Assembly (NCBI GenBank): GCA_038087875.1
Contig: CM075995.1
Span: 10,666,001 to 10,730,000 of the forward strand
Length of the DNA stretch: 64,000 nucleotides
Direction: 5' to 3'
From: Malacoraja senta
Lineage: Eukaryota
The notes beneath the pieces were generated by a model, which saw nothing but the letters and a program-made list of their open reading frames with translations, made no database searches and was not told where the DNA came from. Position 1 is the stretch's first letter. Each line of letters begins with the position of its first letter. Made by a program: the position numbers and the translations under genes. This document shows, one piece after another, positions 38,501 through 48,586 of this stretch.

Positions 38501-40032
38501 GCTGACGCATAGCCCCCAACTCGCAGGTGCGTCTAGAGAGGGAGGGGGGGGGGGTGTTGAGAGTGATGGCAGAGAGAGAATGGGGATGGGCAGAGAGAGG
38601 GGCAGAGGTGGAGGGGAGGAGGAGAGGGAGGTGGGTGAGGGGGGAAGGTGGGGGAGAAGGGGAGGGGTGGGTGAGGGTGGAAGGTGGGGGAGAAGGGGAG
38701 AGAGGGGGGAGAGAGAGGGAGGAGGGAGATAGGGGGAGAGTTAGGGGAGCAGAGGGATATAGGGGGGAAGAGAGAGGGGGGTAAAGAGAGAGGGGGAGAG
38801 AGTGGGGGGCAGAGAAAGGGGGAGAGGGGGGAAGAGGGAGGGGAGAGAGAGGGGGAGAGAGAGGGAGGGGGAGAGAGAGAGGTGGGAGAGAATGGGGAGA
38901 GAGAGTAATGGGGGGGGAGAGAGTGAGGTGGGGGAGAGAGAGTGAGAGAGGCAGAGAGAGAGAGAGGGTGAGGGGAGATAGAGAGAGAGGGGGGTGAGAG
39001 ATTGGGAGAGAGAGGTGGGAGACAGAGAGATGGGGAGAAAGAGGTGGGGAGAGGGAGAGGAGGGGGGGGGTCACAAGGTTTTTTTTCAAAGCTGGCTTGC
39101 CCGCTCGCAAGCTTTTTTTTCAAAGAACTTGCGAGCGGCGCGACTGGCTGCGCGTTGGATTTGCAACGGGTGGGTGGGAGGGAGGGGCGTTGCTTCACTC
39201 GCTGCGCCTGGGGCAGGTTTCCCAGAGGGAGTAATGGCCGCGAGGGCCAACTTCTCATCGCGACGATAACGGCCGCCGCCGCCATGTTCTACCATCGGGT
39301 GGGGGAGACGGAGAGGATTCAGAAGAAAGCGGGTGGCCTCCGGTGACCTCCCGATTTGCAGAACGCTCGTTCTTTCTGCGCATTTTGAAGAACGTGGTGG
39401 GGTTGGAGTGGGCGGCGGGTGTGGGCCCGCGTGAGGACAGTTGAGGCCGCCGCCGCAATGTTCTAGAAGCCGAGCCGAAGCGCGAGCGGACTTTTGTGGG
39501 AGTCCAGCTGCGTACTTGGGCTGGGCGCGGGGCGTGACTTCACAAAAGAAAGCAGGTGTCCTCAGGATCTGAAGAACCTGCTACTTCTTTCTGCGCCTTT
39601 TAAGGAACGGGAGGGTGGGCTTTGTGAAAATTGTATTCAAAATCTGGGGAAATAATTGACCAGATTTAGAGAGGAGTGGATTTTACTGAAATCATAAGGT
39701 AAATCCCTACCGAAATTTGTAAAAATCTCCCCGTTTTTCCGTCTCGTCTTCGAGGAGATACGTTTCAAAGGCAAAATGACACACACACACACACACACAC
39801 AGAGTTTTAAAAATAGATAGATAGATAGATAGATATGATGGCTCAGGCCTGGACGAATGGGACAAGCTTGGATGGGGCATCCTGGTTGTCATGGACGTTG
39901 GGCCAAAGGGCTTGTTTCCGTGCTGTGGGGGGTCTATAACAATAATAATTGATTGAGATGCGAGACAGACTGATGTCGGCTGTGTCATGAGTTAACTCTT
40001 GTTGATGAGCGCATTATTTTTGCATTCAACAG

Positions 40033-40286
40033 TAAACGTGGCACGTTTCTGGAATTTCGGCACAGGCCAGCACCAATCGGCATCCCTCCATCCTAGCTCG
40101 TGATAACAACAAGAAAACCTGTTCATTAACGTGGAAAAGCGAAAACCCATGGATGAATCTTAATTTACGCAGAGAATACTCTGTGAGAGAGGTCCGAATC
40201 ACCTACAGAAGGGATTGCTGCTCTGAACTAATTCTGGGAGCTGAGATCTACATCGGGAGCTCAGCAAATGGGACTTCCAACAATTT
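40033..40286 (+). CDS. F-type lectin exon 3: N-terminal part of FTLD D1, with a +1 frameshift near 40044-40048
   Basis: Acceptor ttcaacAG and donor GTGAGT. Reads (V)NVAR, then after one extra base SGISAQASTNRHPSILARDNNKKTCSLTWKSENPWMNLNLRREYSVREVRITYRRDCCSELILGAEIYIGSSANGTSNN, which contains the FTLD motifs NVA, PW, RxDCC and GAEIxIG. The unshifted frame stops at TGA 40101-40103. Confidence 0.85.
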
Positions 40287-40894
40287 GTGAGTGTCCAGGG
40301 CAAGGGATGGGTCTTTTCCATCGGGGGTGTGGTGGGCAGCCTATCCTTTCTCCAGCTGGGGGAAGGGGGTGCGAGGGTAGAACTGCGGGTAGAAGACAGG
40401 GGTGAGGTATCCATTTACAACAGCAGGAGGAAACCACGTTTACTATAGAGAGGCCATCACAGATGTCCTAGAATAGAAAGGTTCCTAGTGAGGAGTTGCG
40501 GCAGAAACAGATAAATTTGTTGTCGCAGTTGGTGGACTTGCAAGTTGTAGGGAGGGAGGACGTGTATTCCAGAAAAACGTGGGTCATCCCAAGCACTCAG
40601 CTTTGGGTAGGGCTGCATTGTGTAAGGCTGCATTGTCTTTTTCCCCTTCATCTATGTCCTTTGGTCTTCAATTCACCTAATCTGGCCAAGAAACTCTGTG
40701 CCACAACACTATCTATTCCTCTCATGATTCTATAGAAACATAGAAAATAAGTGCAGGAGTAGTCCATTCAGCCCTTCGAATCTGCACCTCCATTCAATAT
40801 GATCACGGCTGATGGCAATATGATTATACACCTCTTTTAGATTACCCCTCATCCTCCTGCAAATCCTCTCTGTACCCATTCCAACTTGACAACA

Positions 40895-42675
40895 TCTATA
40901 TTACTAAAAGTCTCATCTTGACCATTTCCTGTTGCACTGCATATTGATTTTAGAAAAAAAGCTGCCACTTACAGCTGTGATTTTTGGCCATCTTACTCAG
41001 AGTCCCCATCCGCTGGTCAGAACAAGAGGATTTTTCCCATCGATGAAAAATAAAAGACTTATTAATGTTTAAAAAATGTTGAGATTTTCTCTCCTGAAGG
41101 CCACGCCCCTTCCGGAGGGACTACAAAACCCGGAAGTGTGGAGGTGCCTCAGTTCTCTGCAAGATGGGGGAGCGAGAGGTCACAATTCTCAGTCTGAGCT
41201 GTGAATAATACTGAACACATGTCTACTAAATTGTGAGTGGTTTTACTGACTTGTCAGTACCCTTAATGTGGTTTGAAAATGTTTGAAAATGCAAATATGT
41301 ATTTGGGTTTCAAAATGCAAAGTGTGTTTTGGTTTGAAAATGCAAAAGTGTGTTTTGGTTTGAGAATGCTAAAGTTGTCTTGCCTAATTGAAAAGTTGGT
41401 TTAAGAATGTTAAAGTTGCCTTGCCTAATTGAAAAGTTGGTTTGAGAATGCTAAAGTTGCCTTGCCCAATTGAAAAGTAGGTTTGAGAATGCTAAAGTTG
41501 CCTTGCCTGATTGAAAAGTTGGTTTGAGAATGCTAAAGTTGCCTTGCCTAATTGGAAAGTTGATTTGAGAATGCCTTGCCTAATTGAAATGTTGGTTTGA
41601 GAATGCTAAAGTTGCCTTGCCTAATTGAAAAGTTGGTTTGAGAATGCTAAAGTTGCCTTGCCTAATTGAAAAGTTGGTTTGAGAATGCTAAAGTTGCCCT
41701 GCCTAATTGAAAAGTTGGTTTCAGAATGCTAAAGTTGCCTTGCCTAATTGAAAAGTTGGTTTGAGAATGCAAAAGTTGCGTTGCCTAATTGAAAAGTTGG
41801 TTTGAGAATGCAAAAGTTGCGTTGCCTAATTGAAAAGTTGGTTTGAGAATGCAAAAGATGCCTATATAATTAAAAGTCTAATCTTGACCACTTCCTGTTT
41901 GCGCTCTATATTGATTTTAGGAAAATCGCTACCACGTACGATTGTGATTTATACCCATCTTACTCACTCCCCCTCCGCTCATTAGGTGTCGAGGACTTTT
42001 CCCATCGATGAAAAGTAAAAGAGTTATTAGTGTTTAAAAAATGTTGAGATTCGCTCTGCTGTCAATCACGCCATGAAGACCACGCCTCTTCTCGTGAGAG
42101 GGACAATAATACCTGGAAGTGTGGGCGTGGCTCAGTCTCTGCAAGAAGGGGGAGGGGGAGGTCACGACTCTCTGTCTTTAGTGGCCTTGCTCCCTGCTTG
42201 AAATGGTATGAAACTGCATTTGAATTTGCCTGCTTGAAATGGTAGGAAACTGCACTCGAATTTGGTGGCCCTGCACCCTGCTTGAAGTGGTATGAAACTG
42301 CACTCGAATTTGGTAGCCTTGCACCCTGCTTGAAGTGGTATGAAACTGCACTCGAATTTGGTGGCCTTGCACCCTGCTTGAAGTGGCATATAAAGTAATA
42401 GCCGTGTCAACTGCCAGCCCATCTGCCTTGAGTGAGTGAGCTGCCAGCACACCAGGCTTGAGTGACTGAGCCGCCAGCCCAAGAATCCATTCGGCCCACG
42501 ATGTCCATACCAGCCCTCTGGAAACCAGTCCCTTCAGCCCACAACACCCATACTAGCGCTCCAGAAAGCCCCCCACTGGCCACCAATATTGGAATTGGAG
42601 GAGAGGTGGAATATTGTGTTGGGGGACCAGCCCTCCCGTGTGAATCTGGGACCCAACGGGTCCCACTTCGTCTAG
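40895..42675 (+). mobile_element. Non-autonomous Helitron (composite, two 5' modules)
   Basis: 5' TCTATATT; 3' GGGACCC-AAC-GGGTCCC hairpin (42648-42664) then CTAG. Inserted between A and T of a host CR1 (ttgacaaca|tctttcctataac) with no TSD. A second head starts at ~41861. Confidence 0.88.
41357..41861 (+). repeat. 41-bp minisatellite, about 12 copies, inside the Helitron
   Basis: Unit gaaaagttggtttgagaatgctaaagttgccttgcctaatt, for example at 41390 and 41431. A separate 48-bp repeat lies at 42181-42390. Confidence 0.95.
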
Positions 42676-42840
42676 TCTTTCCTATAACATGGTGCCCAGA
42701 ACTGAACACGATACCCTAAATGCGGCCTCACGAACGTCTTATACAACTACTATATGACCTCCTAACTTCTACACTCAATATAGATACAAAATGCTCGAGT
42801 AACTCAGTGGGACAGGCAGCATCTCTGGAGAGAAGGAATG

Positions 42841-42874
42841 GGTGACGTTTCGGGTCGAGATCCTTCTTCAGACT
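42841..42874 (-). ncRNA. Minimal hammerhead ribozyme motif in a Penelope-derived short repeat (42781-42910)
   Basis: The minus strand reads AGU-CUGAAGA-AGGAUCUCGACCC-GAAA-CGUC-ACC: CUGAnGA and GAAA core boxes, stem II, palindromic ACGU stem III, and a GUC cleavage triplet. Confidence 0.6.
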
Positions 42875-43870
42875 TTTGTTTAAACCAGCATCTGCAGTTC
42901 CTTCCTTCACATTCTATATTCAATAACCTGTTTGATGAAGGGCAATGTGTCAAAGCCATTTTGACCACCCTATCTATCTGTGACTCCACCTTCAAGGAAC
43001 CACACACTGCACTTCTAGATCCCACTGCTCTACAACACGCCCCAGAGCCTTCTGTTTTAAATTTCACCAACCATTCCCCAGCCCACCTGATAGATCAAGC
43101 TCCTGCCGCAATTTTTCACAAATAACTTCACAATCTGCAAAACCATCCACCTTTGTATCATCTGCAACCTTCCTAATCTTGTCATGTGTGTTATCTTCCT
43201 AATCATTGATATAAATGACAAACTTAAACGGGCCCAGCATCGAACCTTGAGGCACACCACTAGTCACAGGCCTCCAGTCCGAGAATCAACCCCATCACTC
43301 TCTGCTTCCTTCCATGAAGCCAATGATGTATCCATTCAGCTATCTCTCCTTGGATCCCATGCGATCTAACGTTCGAGAACAGCCTACCATGTAGGACCTT
43401 GTCAAATGTTTTGCTGAACATATAAACAAGATCTACTGCTCTGACCTCATCAACCTCTTTGGATATCTTCCACACACTCAGTCAGATTTGTGAGACATGA
43501 CCTCCCACGTACAAAACCATGTCGACTCTCCCTAATCAGTTCTTGTACATCTAAATGCATGTATATACTATCCCTCAGACTAATCTCCAGTGACTTTCCA
43601 AATACAGATGTTAAGATGACAGCATAATTGTTATGTTATTGTTAGGGACCAATGCGGCTGTCCCATCCTAGACTAAGTATGTTCAGCATTCTAGAAGATT
43701 CTTCTCTCAGCTCCGGAAAAAGAAGGGGAGCCACACAAACCAGAACAACAACCCAACGTTTCACATAACTTGAGGACAAATTCAGCTGGACCACTTCCCT
43801 GGCTCCAGGCGTTTGATGAGTGTGGTATTACAGGTGATGAATCTCACCATGTGACTCCCATATCTTTCAG

Positions 43871-44028
43871 CTGTGGAACCATCCAGAATGGGTCCGAAAC
43901 AATCAGCATCCGATGCGATGGACTCGCGGGAAAATATGTGTTTATTTCGCTCCCAGGAAAAAAGAGAGCACTGAGTATCTGCGAGTTGGAAGTCTTTGCT
44001 TCAAAGGTCCCGGAATTACATTACATAG
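43871..44028 (+). CDS. F-type lectin exon 4: C-terminal part of FTLD D1
   Basis: Acceptor atctttcAG and donor GTAGGT. Encodes CGTIQNGSETISIRCDGLAGKYVFISLPGKKRALSICELEVFASKVPELHYI, matching the FTLD C-terminal pattern C-x-G-x-G-[RK]-YV ... L-x-[LI]-CE-[VL]-EV. Phase 2 to 1. Confidence 0.9.
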
Positions 44029-44439
44029 GTAGGTGCAAACCCCGCTCCATTTCTGGGTGTGCAGCCTTCGGGCCGCAGTCCATACGGAATGGGTGCAGAG
44101 GACCCAGCCTCAATTCCATTACTCCGGCCATTGTACGAGCTCAGACACATTCTCCGCCACGACCTCACTCACGAGCATCCCCAGGTCTGACTCCGTTCTG
44201 GTCACCCCATTGCAGGAAGGAAGTGGAGGTTTTGGAGGGTGCAGAGGGTTTACCAAAATGATTCATAGATTAGGAGGTGTTATCTGTAAGAAGAGGTTAC
44301 ACATACTTGCATTGTTTTCTCTGTCGCATTGGAGGTTGAGGGGAGACCAGATAGAAGTATATAACATTGTGAAAGGCATTAGATAGTCCGGAGCTTTTTC
44401 CACAGGTCGGAAATAGAGTATATACATATATGAATGACC

Positions 44440-45740
44440 ATAAAAGAAAACAAAACTGAAAGGTCTGAAGGTGGAAAAGTCTCCTGAACTGGATGGAATG
44501 CACCCTTGGGCTCTGAAAGAGGTGGCTTCAAAGATTGTGGAGGCATTAACTGATTTTTCACGAATCAGGAGGTGTTCCATATGATTGGAAAATTGCAAAT
44601 ATTACTCTGTTGTACAAGAAGGGAACAAAGCGAAAGAGTGGAAACGATAGGCTAGTTAGCCAGAATTCAGTCGCAGGGCAGATTTTAGCGTCCATCTTAA
44701 AGGATGAGCATCCAGAGTTTTTCGAAGCCCATGATCAAATAGGCCAATAATCAGCATGGTTTTGTTTAAGGGAGACCATGCCTGATGAACCTATTGGAAT
44801 TATATGAGGATGTAAACTGCAGGAATAGACGAAGTATAGTGGTATGTGGTTTGCGTGGATTTGTAAAACGTCTTTGCTAAGGTGCTGCCAGGTGGGTTGC
44901 TGAAGATGATGAGAGCCGATGGTATCAGGGGGAGATACTAGCATGGATAGCAGGTTGACTGGATGACAGAAGGCAAACAGTGTCAATAAAAGGGGCTTTT
45001 TAATGGTCGACTGCAAGTGACTCGACTGCGTGTTCCGCTGCTGTTGATGGTGGGGCCGCTTATCTTCGCGTGTTTATCAATGATTTGGATGAGGGAGTTG
45101 AAGGCTTTGTGGCCAAGTTTGCAGATGACACGAAGATAGGTGGGGGGGGCAGATAGTGTAGAGAAAGCAGGGACTCCGCAAAAAGACTTGGACAGGTCGG
45201 GGGAGTGGGCTGAGAAGTGGCAGATGGAATACAGCGTAGCAAAGTGTGGAGTGATGCATTTTGGCAGAAGTCTGGCGTAGACTATTTTCTAAGTGGGAGA
45301 GAATTCAGGTATCGTGGGGTGCAATGGGACTTGGGAGTGCTGGTGCAGGATTCCTCAAAAGTTAATTTGCAAGTTGAAACGGTAGGAAGGAAGGCAAATG
45401 CAATACTAGCATTTATTTTGAAAGAATACAAAAACAGGGATGCAATGCTGAAGTTTCATAAGGCAATGGTCAGACCACATTTGGAATATTGAGAGCAATG
45501 TTGTGCCCCATATCTGAGGAAGAATGTGCTGGCATTGGAGTGGATCCGTAGGAGGTTTACAAGAATGATCCCATGAATGACTGCAATAATATGTGTGTTT
45601 GATGGCACTGGACATGTACTCATTGGTGCTTAGAAGGATGAGTGGCCACTTCATTGAAACTTATTAAATAGTTATAGGCCTGGATGGAGTAGATGTGGAG
45701 AGAATGCTTCCACTAAGAGGAGAGGCCAGGACCAGACGCC
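44440..45740 (+). mobile_element. Old degenerate CR1 RT region
   Basis: Eroded KSP.LDG.HP, QHGF, FADDTK and VRPHLEY motifs. Confidence 0.75.
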
Positions 45741-45744
45741 ATTG

Positions 45745-46135
45745 TTGGTGTTGTTCATCCTTTGTAGTCGAAGAAGACCATGACTGCAGTGTTTTTGTTT
45801 GTGGGTCCAGATGTGACTGGTGAGACCGATCCAGGCCCGGAATGCTCGCCTGCATATGGGACACAACTGGGTGGGCGCCGCAGTAGAAGCCAAAGTGGCC
45901 CAAGCCCCGCGCGCGGCGTGTTCCTCCGAGCTTCTGTGGTGCGCCCCTTCCCAGCTGCACACGCTCCCGTAGCGATCCTGCTTCGCCTAGTTGGGCTGTA
46001 TGGGGCCTAAAGTCATGACGCGCTTGACTTGGATTAAAGTGAGGGGCAGTTGCGCAAATCGTCAGCCTCACTCTCTCGTCCCGGCCTATCTGGATCCAGT
46101 GGCAAGACATAGTCAAGACGGCTGGCGATAAGTCA
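45745..46135 (-). mobile_element. Internally deleted (bipartite) RTE-derived element
   Basis: RTE C-terminal CPICRRAFRAWIGLTSH..TH and a (CAA)n-like tail, fused directly to an RTE 5'-UTR-like block. Confidence 0.65.
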
Positions 46136-47761
46136 GGATCCAATGTTCTACGTGAACATTGTGCCCTAATTGCGCTCCACGTTGATTTGCTGGGTCCACC
46201 TTCCTACCCGTTGGACCGCCAAATGGTGGTCTACTCCACTCGATGAGTCCTACAGCAAGATTGTTACACCTAAGGTACTGGAAGAGAGAAGGTGGGTGAC
46301 AGTGAGAAAGGGAAGTAAACATGGAATGCACAGGTCCCCGGGTGTTGTACCTCTTGTGAACAGGTTCACCCACTTAAAAAGCTGTCAGGACAGAGGATGT
46401 TGATGCACTGAGCGGCGTACTGGCTTGCGATGCAAAAAGTGCTGTTGAGCCAAAACCAAAGAGGCCGACGTCAGGCAACGCCGTGGTAGTTGGAGACTCC
46501 ATTGTGAAAGGTACGGACATGGGTTTCTGCGGCAACAGACGGGATTCGAGGATGGTGTGCTGTCTCCCTGGTGCCAGGATCCAGGATGTCACGGACAGAG
46601 TGCAGAAAATCCTCAAGGGTGAAGGTGAACAGCCGGATGTTGTAGTGCATGTGGCACAAACGATGTCGGAAAGAAGGGGATGAATATTCTGAAGCATGAC
46701 TTTAGAGAGCTCGGAAAAATGCTGAAAAGCAGGACCTCCAGGGTGGTTATCTCCGGTTTGCATCCAGTTCCTCGTGCTGGCAAGAGCAGGAACAGGGAGA
46801 TACAGGACCTGAATGTGTGGCTGAGGAACTGGTGCAGGAGGCAGCGATTTAGATTCTTCGACCACTGGGATCTGTTTTCGAGTATGGGGGAACTGTACAA
46901 AAGGGATGGATTGCACCTTAACAGGTGGGGGACCGGCATTCTGGCAGGCAGGTTTGCCACTGCGACACAGGTGGTTTTAAACTAAATAAGGGGGGGGGGT
47001 GTCAAATGGGATAGTCAAGGACGGAGTTAAAGGGAAATGGAGTAAAGGGATAGTTAATGACCCCAGAATTAACGGGAAAGAAAGCTCACAAAGGGATAGG
47101 AGAGTATGGCGAAGTGTAATAGGGATCGATGTGAAAGGTGAGATGTGGAAGGAATTAAAAATATTGTATATGAATGTGCGAAGTATAAGAAGTAAAGTAG
47201 ATGAGCTTGAGGCTCAGTTAGAGGTTGGTAGATATGACATTGTGGGGATTACTGAGACGTGGCTGCAGGAGGATCTGGCATGGGAACTTAATATTCAGGG
47301 TTATACATCCTATAGAAAGGACAGGCAGGTGGGCAGAGGAGGGGGTTAGCTCTGCTGGTGAGGGATGGAATTCAGTCCCTTGCGAGGGAAGACATAGGGA
47401 CTGACGAAGTAGAGTCACTGTGGATTGAGTTGAGGAATTGCTAAGGCAAGAAGACACTAATTGGTGTTATATACAGACCCCCAAATAGTAGCCCGGTTGT
47501 AGGGTGTAAGTTGCAGCAGGAGTTAAAACTGGCATGTAACAAAGGTAATGTCACTGTGGTGATGGCGGATTTCAATATGCAGGTATACTGGGAAAATCAG
47601 GTTGGTTCAGGACCCCAAGAAAGAGAGTTTGTAGAATGCCTCCGAGATGGATTCTTAGAGCAGCTTGTAAGGGAGCCGACCAGAGCAAAGGCAATTCTGG
47701 ATTTAGTGTTGTCCAATGAACCAGATTTGATAAGGGAAGTAGAGGTAAAGGAGGTAGTGAT

Positions 47762-48586
47762 GTGCAGGAGTGGGCGCCGTTTGTATGGCTGCCTGCCTGC
47801 AGTCTGTCCTCTAACTTTTTTATTGTCTAAAACATTATTTTTTTTTGGAGTTTATTCTTTCTATGTGTGGGGGGGGGGGGGGACTGTTTTAACCCCAGTC
47901 CTAGCTGGTCGGAGATGCGGTTTTCCTCCAAATCGCATCCCCGATCTCCCCATGCGGCCTTCCATCGGGCTGGAGCGGCGTTCCTGCCGGGACCACAGCT
48001 TCGGCGGCACAGCGCTGGGACACCAACAAGGAGCGGGCGATGCCTTGCCGGGTTGCCGCTCCGGAGTGCTGTGACCGCCGACCACCAACATCGAGCAGCC
48101 GCGGTCTGCGGTCTGTGGTTTGAGGGCATCCCGCCGCGGGCGGGCGGCGCTGCATCGGAAGCACCGCGGAGTCGAAGCTCCAACTGGCACGGCCTAAAGT
48201 CCATGGGCGTCGCAGTCTCCGGGGAAGGAGCGGCCGCTCCAGACATTTCTAAGCTGCTGAGGACCTTTCCACCCGATGCGGGTGGGGCCTATAATCATCG
48301 GGCTGCCGTTGCGGCGACTGGCTGCAGTGGCCTCAAACTGGCCCCGACCTCGGGTGGACTAGGAGGAGGAGGAGGACTGGACATTTTGGTGCCTTCCCTC
48401 ACAGTGGAGAGTGTAGATCCTACTGTGGGGGGATGTTCGTGTTGAATTTCCTATAGTGTGTTGTGTCATTTTTTTCTACTTCTTTTTATTATTTGTATGG
48501 ATAGTCTTCCCTGTAAAGCACTTTGGCTTTTGATTGAAATCGACTGAAAAGTGCTATATAAATAAACTTACTTTACATTACTTTAC
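47762..48586 (+). mobile_element. GC-rich non-coding retroposon with an L2-type 3' end
   Basis: tgat duplication (47758-47761 and 48587-48590). Ends ctgtaaagcactttgg...aagtgctatataaataaa + (TTACTTTAC)-like tail. Confidence 0.65.

Larger units (their letters stand above)
32371..39833 (-). mobile_element. Head-to-tail array of non-autonomous Helitron-like units (3 complete + 1 partial)
   Basis: On the minus strand each unit ends in a CAGACCC-AAY-GGGTCTG hairpin + cacttggtCTAG (CTAG at 32624, 36294 and 37700), directly followed by the next unit's head. The outermost 5' end is TCTAT... at ~39833. Confidence 0.75.

Noticed and set aside
32800..39346. Long Gly/Glu/Arg-rich and Pro/Leu/Ser-rich ORFs
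   Set aside because: Translations of GA/CT low-complexity tracts that rarely contain stop codons.
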